From Mobula hypostoma (Eukaryota): a stretch of 64,000 nt of DNA. How positions within the stretch are numbered: position 1 is the stretch's first letter; each line of letters starts with the position of its first letter. A model generated the notes under the pieces. That model did no database searches and was not told the DNA's origin. It saw only the letters and a list, made by a program, of their open reading frames with translations. Shown in pieces: positions 25,370-37,310 of this stretch. The stretch covers positions 8,990,001 through 9,054,000 of the forward strand of contig NC_086108.1 in assembly GCF_963921235.1 (NCBI RefSeq), written 5' to 3'. Position numbers and translations under genes: made by a program.

Positions 25370-25767
25370 CTGTTGAGAAAGGAGTTCCCGAAGGGATTGA
25401 GCTTTCGGAAGGGTTTGTTGGGATCCACCATGAGCGCGTTGCCCGGGATCACACTCTCCACGTCGCCGTGCATAACGGCGATGAAAGAGTCGGTGGTGGG
25501 CTCGGGCCCCACCCTGCTCCCGGGGAAGTCCTCCTCCAACAGGTACTGGATGAAGGTGGTCTTCCCGGTGGAATACTGACCCACCACCAGGATCATGGGC
25601 TTGTTGTCGAAGTCCGCGTCCTCGAGGGAGGGCGAGTGGAAGTCATGGAAGCGGTAGAACTCCTCCAGCGGCAGGAGTTTGCTCTTGTAGAGCCGCTTCA
25701 GTCCCTCGGTCACGGTGTGGATCACCTCGGGGGTCTTCTTCTCGTTCTTCTTCATCCAGCTGAACAT
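25370..25767 (-). CDS. EHD2: EH domain-containing protein 2, first coding exon (398 nt; G-domain with P-loop)
   Basis: accATGT start; MFSW...GQYSTGKT P-loop, GSRVGPEPTTD, KPFRKLNPFGN; ends AAC AG|gtgagt. EHD2-type residues and BICRA adjacency. Confidence 0.97.
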
Positions 25768-26400
25768 GGTTCCCTTCCTTCTGCTGGAGATTCGCCCACA
25801 GGAATGTCAGCCCCCGGCGAAAGGGGGAAAGAGATGGCCAGGTCCTCCCGAGAGCGCAAACCCCCCCTCCGCCCGGCGGCTTCTCGCTCCTGCGAAACTT
25901 CTGCGGAAAGTTTCCCGGAGTTTTCTTTTCCCCGAGAGTGGTTGAGAGATCGGGCAGGCTCTGGATGGAGACTGGGACAGAACCCCTCCCAGAGGCCACA
26001 GGAAACCCTCCCCCTCGCCTTTGTAATTTTCCCAGACCGAACCTGAATCAACCTCACGCCATCTAGTGCCGAGGATGCTAGTGTAGGGGGAGCGCCGCGC
26101 CGTCGGAGGGGCGTAGAAGGGGGGATGTCCCGGAATGGCTGGGAGCATCGAACTGTGAACGGGCGGGAGGGAGGGCAGGTTGTGGAGAGACGCGGTTGCG
26201 TTGATAGAGGCGCTGAGGGGAGGGAGCGCCGCAGAGTGGTCCTGAGGGAGAGAGGGTTGAGGGAGCGCCGCAATCTGCAGAAGAGCTGTACTGAGAGGAG
26301 CGGTTCAGAGGGAGCGCCGCACAGAGACGGGGAGGATGGGCTGGTCGCCGGAGTCACGAGTAGCTGGTGCCGCTTGAAACGAGAGATGCCCGGGGGAATC
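25400..26400. promoter_or_regulatory. CpG-island-like region over the EHD2 start
   Basis: Visibly high GC and CpG density compared with flanks (not computed). Confidence 0.6.
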
Positions 26401-27099
26401 TCGGCTTCAGAACACAAAACACAAGAGAATCTGCAGATGCTGGAACCCCAGAGCAACACACGCACAGTGCTGGAGGAACTCAGCAGGCCGGACAGCACCT
26501 ATGGAGGAAAACGGTCAGTCGACGTTTGGGGCTTCTTCAGGACTGATGATCTTACACCCGAGGGCGAGGACGAGGGGCCGATTCCAGGGTGGAGATTGGC
26601 ACCGCACTCGGGGAATCTCCTGCAGATTCCCTACGGGGGGAGACGGCAGGTTTGGGGGAAGAGGGTTTGAGGATAATATTACCGGGGAGGGGGCGGTAAT
26701 CAGAGACCCTGAATGAAGACACTTCACAAAGGGTAAGGTGGACCAGGGAGATAAAATATGCGGCTCATTATGGTGGAATACCACAGTGAGTTTACATTTC
26801 CATTTGGCCATTCGAACTTGTGCTAGCTCATAAAACAAGCCCATTTCCAACTAATCCTCCCTGTAACCTGTTCCAGCTCTGGTTCACACACCGGGGCGAA
26901 TTTACCGGCGCCAGACGAGATCCGGGGTGTACCCCTACCCCAGCCACGCACAATTCCCGAAGCACTCAGAATCCAGTTAACGAACACGAAGTTGACTATC
27001 AGTAACTATTAAAACCAATCGGTACACAGGAGAGCGGCTGTTCTTTCTCAGGCCACCAATGTGCCTTATCTAAGGCTGGCGTTGGAGAGGGTCTAGAGG

Positions 27100-27538
27100 G
27101 GGTTCCGGAGAATGAGGCCGGTTCACGTACGAGGAGCGTTTGATGGCTCCGGGCCTGTATTCCCTGGAGATCAGAAGAATAAGTTTGGGGAGGGGGATCT
27201 TATTGAAACCTATCGGATATTGAAATGCATCAATGGAGAGGATGTTTCCTCTGGTGGGGGAGTCTGGGACCAGAGGGCACAGCCTCAGAATAGAGAGGCG
27301 TCTATTTAGAACGGTAATGAGGAGGAATTTCTTTAGCCGGGGGGTGTGGAATTCGTTACCACAGGCAGCTGTGGCGGCCGAGTCATTGTGTATTTTTAAA
27401 GCGGAGGTTGATAGGTTCTTGATTAGTCAGGGCGTCAAAGGTTACGGGGAAAAGGCAGGAGATTGGGGTTGAGAGCCACAGGGGAATGGCAGTATAGTCT
27501 CAATGGGCGGAATGGCCTAATTCTGCTCCTGTGACTTG
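27100..27538 (+). mobile_element. CR1 3' fragment
   Basis: GDLIETYRILK, ERMFPLVGES.TRGHSLRI, CR1 tail. Confidence 0.8.
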
Positions 27539-28115
27539 AAATCCCCGTCAATATCTGTGATCCTCTGCTATCCTCTGTATTGGCTCAGCCAGACACTGCC
27601 CCAGGGGAAACAAAGTTAGGAACGCAGTCACCACCCTTCCCAACAGTGCATCCTCGATTAAACTACCTGAATCAATTCCATCCGGTCGAACAGGAAAATA
27701 AATCAGCCTCAGTGGAATGGCGGTGCAGACTTGATGGGCTGGTTGGTCTAATTATACTATGTCTTCGGCCCATGACGTTGTGCCGACCTTTTAACCCACT
27801 AGGATCAAATCTAACCCTTCCTGCCACATCTTCTAACATTCAACTGCCTGTCTGAAGTCTTATGGTATCATTTTATGGTTGGTTTGGTTAAGTTATTGAT
27901 GACGGGCGGAAGGGGGTGGAAAATCACGGGGCTGGGGTAATGAGCGGGGGAGACTATTCTTAACTGGACTACGGGTTCCCGACCTGGGGTCCACAGACCC
28001 CTGACCCCTTACTTGATGGTATTAGTCCATGGTATAAAAAAGGTTGGGAACCTCCAGGTCTGCAGGGATGAGCTTGATGGGCCGAAGCGCCCTCCAGTGC
28101 CGAGTTCCTGCTCAC

Positions 28116-28317
28116 CCCAGCAGAGGTCACTGTGACTCTAGCAGTGAGCATCCGTCTGTAACAGCGGCCGGAATGCCTTCTGGAGCAGGTCAACTTTGCG
28201 CGTTGCGGCCCGCAGAGTCTGGGGGCGCGGATAGCCGCCGGCCGCAAGGCGCTGCTTATAGGCGAGCTTCACGGATTGCAAGTGACCAATATAAATTACC
28301 TTAGTGCAGATAATTGG
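28116..28317 (-). promoter_or_regulatory. EHD2: Putative EHD2 promoter and non-coding first exon (~28230-28116)
   Basis: Minus strand CCAAT (28313-17), inverted CCAAT (28286-90), TATAAG (28255-60), CpG-rich ~115 nt, then GGG|GTGAGC donor at 28115. Confidence 0.45.
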
Positions 28318-28967
28318 CTGTAGGGTGTGTGGGAGACAGGACAGGTGGTGAGTCCTGATTATGGATCTTGTTGGTCCGAAACGTCGACTGTTTAATCTTC
28401 TCCACAGGTGCTGCCTGACCTGCTGTGTTCCTCCAGTATTGTGTGTGTGTGTTGCTCAGGATTTCCTGCCGAATCGTTCGTGTAGAAATTACTAATAACA
28501 GAGGGTACGCATTGAGTGTGAGGTGAGGGTTAAGTGAGAGGGAGTTGGGGGTGGGAGGAGGGGGAAGAGGGAGATGCACTGCCTGGTATGGTGTTAGAGG
28601 CAAATACATTTGAGGCTTTGAAGAGACGTTTGGATACGAGGAAGATGGAGGGATGTGGACATGGTGTAGGGAGGAGGGATTTTACATTTTAGCTAGTTCG
28701 GAACAGCACTGTTCCCGTTCTATAACAAACTTTTGTGCTGGTTCGGCCAATCAGGAAGGATACTTAAATGAATATTACAACCCCTCAGAACAGTAGGACA
28801 GCCGGGGGCGGGGGGCTGGACGAAGAGTTCGGACCCTCTCCGTCCCGTCCCCACACGATATAAGACCCGTGAGGGCTCAGGGCTCCCTCGTCCCCACGCA
28901 CACTGGGAGCGGGTGACTAGTGGACACAAACACGAGGCCGGTGTGAGCTTCTTTTAAGATTTCACCG

Positions 28968-28973
28968 TTTATT
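28968..28973 (-). terminator. Probable BICRA polyadenylation signal AATAAA
   Basis: AATAAA at the end of a U/A-rich stretch with upstream TGTA and downstream GTGTTTGTGT (~28924-28933). Confidence 0.6.
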
Positions 28974-31900
28974 ACAAAACATTTTCTTTAATAAATAGTT
29001 TAATATAAATGTATACAAAAATGTTCACTCGTCAGAGTAGATTTTGCCTATACAGCGGAGTTGGACACCAAAGCCTGAGTGTCGCCATTCATCACTGACA
29101 CGTGACCGATTTTTTTTCTCTGATGCTCAATGTTAAGGCTCCAGAACATTCTGCTGAAAATAACCTCTTTAAAAAAAACTTCTTTAAACAGTATAACAAA
29201 AATGAGATCTTCAGTATGATATATACACAATCATCTTGGTCTGCAGGTAAAGAACGGGCAGAAAGTGGCGACACGCTTCCTTTCTCCCCCTTCCCTCACC
29301 CACTAAACCCACCCCCCTTCTCCCCGGGAAATACTTGGAGAGGCCTCGGTCTATCCCAACTGATATACCCCCCAACCCATCCCTCAGGTCGCCAGGGGAT
29401 GGGGCAATTGGAAAGGTGGGGCCTTTGTTCACGGCAGGGTCTGTGCAATCAATGTTCACTGGCATCTTTTTAAACTCTTTTGTTCAGCGTGGTTTCAGGG
29501 TGAAATTAAAATCATCTCGCCTCCTGAAAAATGGGACTGCATCTCGGAAAATACCCGGGCAGCCAGCCAGCAGTTGGAAGGGCAGGGCAGGGATAATTGG
29601 CACTGGCAGGGCACGGGGTGTCCAGTATGGAGGGTGAGCCCCTCCCCTCTCTCTCACATACACACACACACTGGGAGCTAACACAGAAAAACAAGTGTTC
29701 AAAACCAACACCCCCTGTCCAGAAGACACATCATTTATTCTAGGCACCAGGTTTGACCCAAAGCAGCCAGCTCACGGCCATGACCCACCTCTCTCGGCCG
29801 CAGTGCTGGCCCCCTTCCTCCGCCCAGCGTTCTGGCCGCCCTTCCGGGGCCCGGCGTGTCCCACACGAGGGAGACCAAAGGAAGGGTGACCAACGGGACA
29901 AGTAACGACAGAAAGAAAGGGTAACTGGGCCTCAAACTAACCCTCCAGCAGACAAGGCGAGTGGGCTGCGCCAAGAATCACCGATGCAGACGGGCTGCTG
30001 GAGTCTGTACTCTTCGCTGCCTCCGGTTTCCAAGCAAGGGTGGAGACGATGGGGGGGGGGGGAACGGCGAGGTTGATCCATCTGAGAACACACTAGGCCA
30101 GGGGGGTTCTAGCTGGAGGTAGCGCTGAATTTACAACAACTTGGATTGGAGGAGAAACTGCCAGCTACGAATAGAAACAAGGAGAGGACAGCAGTGACCA
30201 CTAGACTGTAGGGAGGCGGAACAGTAATTAGTATAAGTTTTGTCAAGTTCACCATGGCCTCAACAATCTATTATTTCCAAGGCAGACATCTCAATCTGGG
30301 GAAGTCAGGGCAAAGTTCACACCATAAGCTCCAGATGGGTTCCATTTCACACCTTGAACTTCAGGACTGTAGTTTTTGAGACACCAGCAGCTACAGATGC
30401 TGGAATCCAGAGCACAATGTAAAAAAAAAATGCTTAGCAGGTCAGTCAGCATCTGTGGAGGGAAACAGAGTGTCAACCATTCTGATGAAGGATATTGACC
30501 CTTCACAGATGATGCCCTGACCAGCTAAGCACCTGCAATACATTGTGTGCAATTTCCAATCACAAACCTGGTCCTCATTCCTCCATACCTATCCCCCTCC
30601 TCAGTACCCCACCCACTTCTTTCTCAGTTTGCTTGTGTGAACTGAGAAACTGAGAGGCCAAGGCCAACCTCGACACGGCGAAGATCTTCCCCAAAGCCCA
30701 AAGGGAGAGACTGCACCCAATTATAATTCTAGAAGAAACATTCTGTAGAACCTACTGCTGGGCGGGGATTACACACACACGCGTGCGCCCGCGTCCCGGC
30801 AGGGATTATATGCGCGTGTCCGGGCGAGGATTACACACACACACCCAGGTGGGGATTACACACACATGTCCAAGTCCTCTTAGGGCAGAGAACAGATGGG
30901 TTAAACACAGTGACGCTCCCCTCTACACACTCCCACCCCCAATTCCCCAGGGCGTCAGTGAGGCAAATTGGAGGAAGGGAGTGATGGTGTGGGAAAACAG
31001 CAAGAAATACCAAAGAGGGCCACTTAATCCAGCAGCTGAGATCGGGGTGAAGTGAGTGAGTGGGGCAGGGGACATAGAACGAGATCCACTCTCCCTCACT
31101 CACCTTCATGAGCGGGTCTGGATGGCGAGGCCAAGGAAATCCACATCCGGAGAGGGAGATGTGACTGACCCTTACTGAGCCTCCCATCGCCCTCACTGTG
31201 GGGAGAAGGGAGAGGGGACGATCTCTTGGAGACACTTGAGATTCTGAGAGTGAGGGGCAGGACTGGAGAGGAAGGGACATTCCTCAAGCTGGGGTCCAGG
31301 ATAAGTGGAGGCTATTTGGGACTAAGCTACCTTGGCGGGGGGGGGGGGGGTAACAGGTTTTTTTACTCAGATGTGGGGGACCTTTGGAGGTTTCGGCCCC
31401 GTGTCAACCCAGTGAGGGTGATGGAACTGGACCCAGGGATCTTGTGTATCCAGACAGGGATACAGGATTAGCCAAGAGCCTATTGAGGTTCAAGAAACTA
31501 AAAGGCATCTCTGGATCATGAGGGACTCTGGTCGGTGATGATCAAATGATGGACCTCTCCTCTTTCTGTGGAGATCTGCTGCATGCCACTACAAGCCCAA
31601 AAAGTAGACAATTTAAAATACTGCTCTTTATTTTGCAGAGAAATCTCAATTTGGCCTTGAATCCTGATCACCCTCTGCGTCTCAAGCACTTGCAGCCACA
31701 CGGTTTAACACCTAGAGACCGAACCAGGGCAAGCCAAGGTGAGCACAATCCACAACTACAGCTCAACAACCCACTGGCACTCACCGTCAACGGTTAATGC
31801 CAAGCAAATGAATTGGCTCACCAACAAAACAAAAAAAAACACTGCTTAAATGTTCTGCGACTCTGCAAAGATACAAACCCCACTAGATACTGCTGGAAGT

Positions 31901-32512
31901 TAGACATTTAAAAAAAAACAAAAATATATTTTTTAAAAAGTCTCATTCAAGTAGAAAATAAAACAGAATTGGGAAGATTTTTTTGCTTCTTATTTCTAAG
32001 AAATGTACGTTCCCTGTTGGCACAATATAAAGCAATGCCCACTCACAAGTGCAAAAACAAATTAATATTCACAATGGTACATTCCGGAAATTGCAATGGG
32101 GGGGGGTGCAGTTCATCACTGGATCCAAGTTAAAACACTTCTCCCTCCTCCATTTGAAAAATACTTTTAAAGAGAATCTGCAAAGCCCAAAATTTCAAAA
32201 GCGTCATCTGCAATCGTTATAACTGCCTTCTCCTTGGCAAATCATCTGAACTAATATTCCCTCTTTTAGCAAACATAACTAATGTTTAAAAATCTTCTCC
32301 AATTTTCCTTTCAAAATACAGAACACACGGTCAACACTGGGGCTGAGAGTGGGCATGCATCAGGTCAGTGGGGTTTGGCGTTATTCCATCAAGGATCCCA
32401 AATGGATTCTAAAATTTGTCACTGAGAGATTCACAAGCTACAGGACACATCCCAGTTTCGTAGGGGGAGCGTTTGTTCACTATTCCCATGTGAGAGGCAG
32501 TTCCAGATCAGA

Positions 32513-32750
32513 GACTGAAAGAGACAGAGAGAAAGAGAGACAGAAATAGAGAGACACATACAGAGGGAGAGAGAGAGTGAGGGAGAGAGGGACTCAAGAG
32601 ACCAAGAGAGAGAGACAGACACACCGGGTCAGAGAGAGGGATACACACACGCAGACCAAGAGACAGAAAGACAGTGAGAGAGACAGAAAGAGTGTGTGTG
32701 TGTTTGTGTGTGTGTGTGAGAGAGAGAGATACACACACACACACACAGAG
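32513..32750. repeat. Complex GA/CA/GT simple repeat
   Basis: Direct observation. Confidence 0.9.
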
Positions 32751-34534
32751 GAAACAGGAATTGCTGCACTCCCCGTTCGTGAATCAAAATTTTGCAACAT
32801 TTCTGCACCCAACCTGCTTTCCAAGAAATTACCCATCTCTGATCAACATTGCAGTAGACAAACAAACTTACAGAAAGTGAAACACCTCCCTCTGCTCATC
32901 CAAAGGGCAAAACTGAGATTGGGGCCTACCCTCCTCCTCATCCCAGCCCATGTTAACTTCTGGCAGAACGACAGAGAGTGTAACCCAGCCCACCAGTCAG
33001 GTACAGGAGATGTGCTGCCAGTGGCCAACACCACTCCTCAAAACAACAAAAACAAAGTACTGCATCATTTGTTAATAAAATAAAAACACCATAGTTACCC
33101 GCTTCAGTCTCCCTGCCCAGGATCACAGCTACAAGCCACTTAGTTCTTGGGCGCAGATACTAAGCACATAGGCAGAAAGGTGTCAGCGGCAATTTCACTC
33201 AAGATTCCTCCTGGAACCTCTCCTTTCTGATCCTCACTCATTTCCTATCCCACTCTGTTACATCCCAGTCCAATGAAGCACAACAGCCTGTCACCTTCCC
33301 TCTCCCAGAGATTGGCTGGACTTCTCCAAAATACCCAAATATTTTGCCCCAATGTACACACAGACCCGGTTCCAATTTTAATTTAACAATAGCTGCTTTC
33401 CACATCAGGCAGAACCTGGACCAAAATATATATTTTAATGCCTTCACGTGCTCCCCAGCCACCGCCTTCCCTCCAGCAAATTGAATTGGCAGAGTTTGCG
33501 ACTGCATTAGCGTCTCAGGCACACAGAGGCTGACTTGGATGTGTAATACAAGACGACAACTATTGGCCCATTTTCTCCGACCTGCGACAAGGGGCGCAGT
33601 TCAACGTCACCACTATGCACTTGACTTCCAAACCAAACAGGCCGCCTGCAAATACTTTGTGACTGAGATAGTTTGGGATGGTGTGTCCTGGAGTTGGTCA
33701 GTACTGAAGGTGAGCTCGCTACTCTGGAGAATGGCTGGGGTGGGTGTTTGATAACTTTTGTTCCCCCTTCCCCCTGAAAATTTCCACCAGGCACAAACAG
33801 CTTCACATTGAAGTGGCAGTTTTGACTGAGAGCCCATACTCACTTTCAACAGATAACCAGTCCACATAGTGACTAAGGGTAGGAAGTTCAGATAGCCAAT
33901 CGCAGACACAATAGGGACTGTACTGAAGATGTAGGAACTGCTTGACCAATGACAGGGACTCTAGGGAGGGTTACTGAGCAGATGGACACACCCAGCAACC
34001 AATGGGATCACTGGGGCAAACACAAGGCTCGTTGACGGATGTGTGTACTCCAGAGAGATAACAAAGGATTCGTTAAAAGCGGAGGCTTTGAGATGAGGAA
34101 GTAACACATGGGACGCTTCCACCGTCCCTCACCTTTCCATGGCAATACTGAGAATTCTTCTTCAAACCTTCTCAGGACCAGCCACCTCCAAGAAGGGGAG
34201 CTGGATTTACGAAGAGAGAACTTAACCGGGGCTGATGCTGGAAAGAAAAGTTCTTGAGTGTTGGAAGGGAAGTGAGATGGCAGAGCAGCACCCACGTCCG
34301 ACAGGCAACTTATCATGGCTGGACCCAACCCCTGGTTATGATCTCCTCAGCTGGCAAAGGGGGTGAGGCGGAGGGGACCGCAGCGCCACAGGAGACAGGA
34401 GCCAGTGGAAGGAGATGCCATCTCCCTCGTGGTACCAGGCACTTCGAGCCCCACCAATTCTGCCAACTCAATGCCGAGTTTAGGATGGGCCATGCACACT
34501 CAGAGGAAGACTCCAAACCTTTAGAGCGTGGTTT

Positions 34535-34544
34535 TGTGTGTGTG

Positions 34545-34619
<75 letters not shown>
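34535..34619. repeat. (GT)n microsatellite, ~40 units
   Basis: Direct observation. Confidence 0.97.
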
Positions 34620-34622
<3 letters not shown>

Positions 34623-34979
34623 TGGTTAAGGTACATTGGTCAATCATCTAGTTAGCTGTTTGAAATCATCCCCCTTCATGTCCCACACCTTTAGGTTACC
34701 TCTTGCCAAAATGTCACCGGCACGATCTCCAACCAACCTGCTGTAAAAGGCGTTAGCCTCAACAAGAGTCGGGCATCTCACCAGAGGTTCGTCACTGCAT
34801 CTTTTGCTCATGTTAAAAATTGCCTGAAGGCCGCATTGAGCAGGATCTGTTCTCGTGGATGCAGTGTTTATGTAATACCACAAAGGTAGGTTCACATAAA
34901 GGGATACCATCTCTGTAATGCACTGCGCTTGGCACAGCTCGGCTGACATACCAGCAATGGGAGGGGTTGCTGGCCGGAG

Positions 34980-36118
34980 TCATCTGGTGTAAGTCCTCGC
35001 TCCGAGGCCTCCGTTGCGATTGGGGGCAAGGTAGCTGTCGGGGTGCGGGGCGGGGGAGAAGGGTGAGGAGTTCATCTCCGAGGAGGGGTAGGGAGACGAG
35101 ACGGGGTTCTGAGCAAGAGACGACTGTGGCTGCCGCAGGTTCAGGATGCTGTCGATGGCGCTCTGCAAGTGTTCGGTCAGGGTGTCGTCCTGAGGGCTGT
35201 CGCTGGAGAAGCTGGCGTTGTCCATGTCTAACGACTCTGACTTGGTCCTCTTGGGGGGTGGGAGGGCGAGCTCCCAGGAGCCGTCGGGGGGCTCCGCTTT
35301 CAGAATGCCACGTACCAGCTCTCCCTCGACGCCAGCCAGCCCGCCCATGCCGTCTGTTGCCTTCCCCCCAGGGAGCTCCTCCGGCTGGGCACCGGCAGAA
35401 GTCACGGCGGGCGGGGGAGGATGCGTGTGCGTCCGAGACTTTCTGCTGTCTGACTCTGGCCTGCTCCCCCGGGCAGTCCTGGGCTTACAGCTGGCGATCA
35501 CGCTCCTGGCCGGCGCCTCTCCCCTGGGCGGGCCCTCCCTCCTGCTGTCCTCCGGCTTCGGGGGAGCCACCGGCGGCGGTGGTGAGGGGTCTGCCGCAGT
35601 CCGGTCAGAGGGGAGAGGCGTCCCACCTTCCCGAGGGCTCCTCCTGGACGGCAGCTTGCAGAGGCTGGCTGAGGTGGGTGACGGGGAGGAGTGCTCCAGG
35701 CTCCCATTCATCTGGCGCGCCGTGGCCGCTGGACACTCGGTCCCAGGGGTGACAGCGCTGCCGGGCTGGTGCACGGGGTCCAGCGCCGTGTTGTGCACCA
35801 CCTTGCTCAGCCCGGCCTCCTGCTTGATCTTCAGCTTCAAGCCGATGCGGCTCCTTGCCTCGTAGGTCTTGATGGGGGGCGGCCGGCTGCGAGCTCGCAG
35901 GGTGTCGTCGTCCCCGTCCTGTGGGGGCGGGACCCGTGCCCACGACACCGAGGGAGAGCCCCCCGCGTGCTTGATCACCAGCTTGGTGGGGTGCAGGGGC
36001 GTAGCGCTCTGCACAGACGGAAGCCGGGGGGCTTCCAGCGAGGCTGTCGTGGTGCAGAGGGGCGGAGATGAAGAGGTAGTAAGATTGTGCGATCTGGACG
36101 AAGAGGCCACATATTCAT
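34980..36118 (-). CDS. BICRA: BICRA (GLTSCR1) last coding exon
   Basis: ctttag|AT GAA TAT completes KEKP-DEY; contains PTKLVIKH, PIKTYEARSRIGLKLKIKQEAGLSKVVHNTALDPVH, DNASFSSDSPQDDTLTEHLQSAIDSILNL; ends NGGLGARTYTR*. Confidence 0.96.
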
Positions 36119-36804
36119 CTAAAGTGGTGGTTGGGGGAGAGGGAGAATAAAAAAGGCAAGTTACTCTTCGGACAATTTATATTTTCTTTTAAAACTCACC
36201 CCCCTCCTCCCTCATCATGTGGATTTTAAAATTCAATAGTTCTGTTTAATATCAGAGAATGTACAGTATCCAGCATGAAACTCTTACTCTTCACAGACAT
36301 TCACAAAACATATGAAAATTTCAAAGAATGCATGACAGAAAAACGTCAGAACCCCAAACCCCTCCCCCTCAAGCAGCAAAACATCAACCCCCCCCCATTC
36401 CAGCAGGAAGCATCAGCCCCTCCCACCACCTTCAAGCAAGCAATGGCAAAGCCCCCATAAGAGACCATGACCTAGGTGTATCAAAATCTACAATCCATAA
36501 CCCAGCACTTTGACATGCCTCAGGTTCTCTCTCTCACAATAGCAAGGGAGAGAGAGATGTCACTCCTTCTACCGCGAGAGGGGAGACCAACACATTCTAT
36601 CAGAAGAGTAGATTTGCTCAATTGGTCGCACGTACATCAAAACATAGTTCCGCGCCAACGACCAAAGCAGTTTGGTGCCAATGTAGCGTGCCCACCCCAC
36701 AACTCGCTAGCCCTAATCCACATGCCTTTGGACTGTGGGAGGGAACTGGAGCACCCCTCAATTCTTCTTCAGTTTGAGAAGTGAATTCAAGATGTAGTTT
36801 CTAG

Positions 36805-37310
36805 GGGGGCACTGTAACGTAGGTTAGCACAACGCTTTACAAAACCAGCGACCCGGGTTCAATTCCCACCGCTGTCTGTAAGGAGTTTGTACGTTCACCC
36901 CGTGACCGCGTGGGTTTCCTCCGGGTGCTCTGGTTTCCTCCCCCAGTTCAGACCTACCAGTTGGTAGGTGAATTGTCCAGTGATTAGACCAGGGTTAAAT
37001 CAGGGGATTGTTGGATGGTGTGGCTCAAGGGCTAGAAGGCTGATTCTGCACTGTACCTTCATAAATAAATGAATAAACTGATTTGTCAGGAGTGCATTGA
37101 ATGAAATACCTTGTGCCAACATAGCATTACACCCATATGACCAATTAACCCGCTAACCCGTATGCTTTTGGACTGCGGGAGGAAACCAGAGCACCCGGAG
37201 GAAACCCACACGGTCACGGGGAGAACATACAAGTTTCTCACAGACAGCGGCAGGAATTGAACCCCGATCACTGGCGCCTTAATAGCATTATGCTCACGTG
37301 CCGCCCCTGT
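36805..37310. mobile_element. Tail-to-tail pair of HE1/V-SINE-like SINEs (plus 36805-37085, minus 37090-37310)
   Basis: tRNA-like head GGGTTCAATTCC and V core GCGTGGGTTTCCTCCGGGTGCTC.GGTTTCCTCCC on opposite strands. Confidence 0.8.

Larger units (their letters stand above)
28945..34979 (-). other. BICRA: Probable long 3' UTR of BICRA (~6 kb)
   Basis: Runs from the stop codon to the PAS; nearly free of LINE/SINE fragments, unlike the introns; U-rich tracts on the minus strand. Confidence 0.55.

Noticed and set aside
25468..26670. ORFs of 192, 248 and 181 aa around the EHD2 start
   Set aside because: Antisense or GC-rich stop-poor DNA, partly running through a repeat, with no recognisable domain.
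34967..36150. Plus-strand ORFs of 261, 215 and 126 aa
   Set aside because: Antisense shadows of the GC-rich BICRA exon.
36805..36880. tRNA gene
   Set aside because: A/B-box-like head continues into a V-SINE core, and there is no complete cloverleaf.
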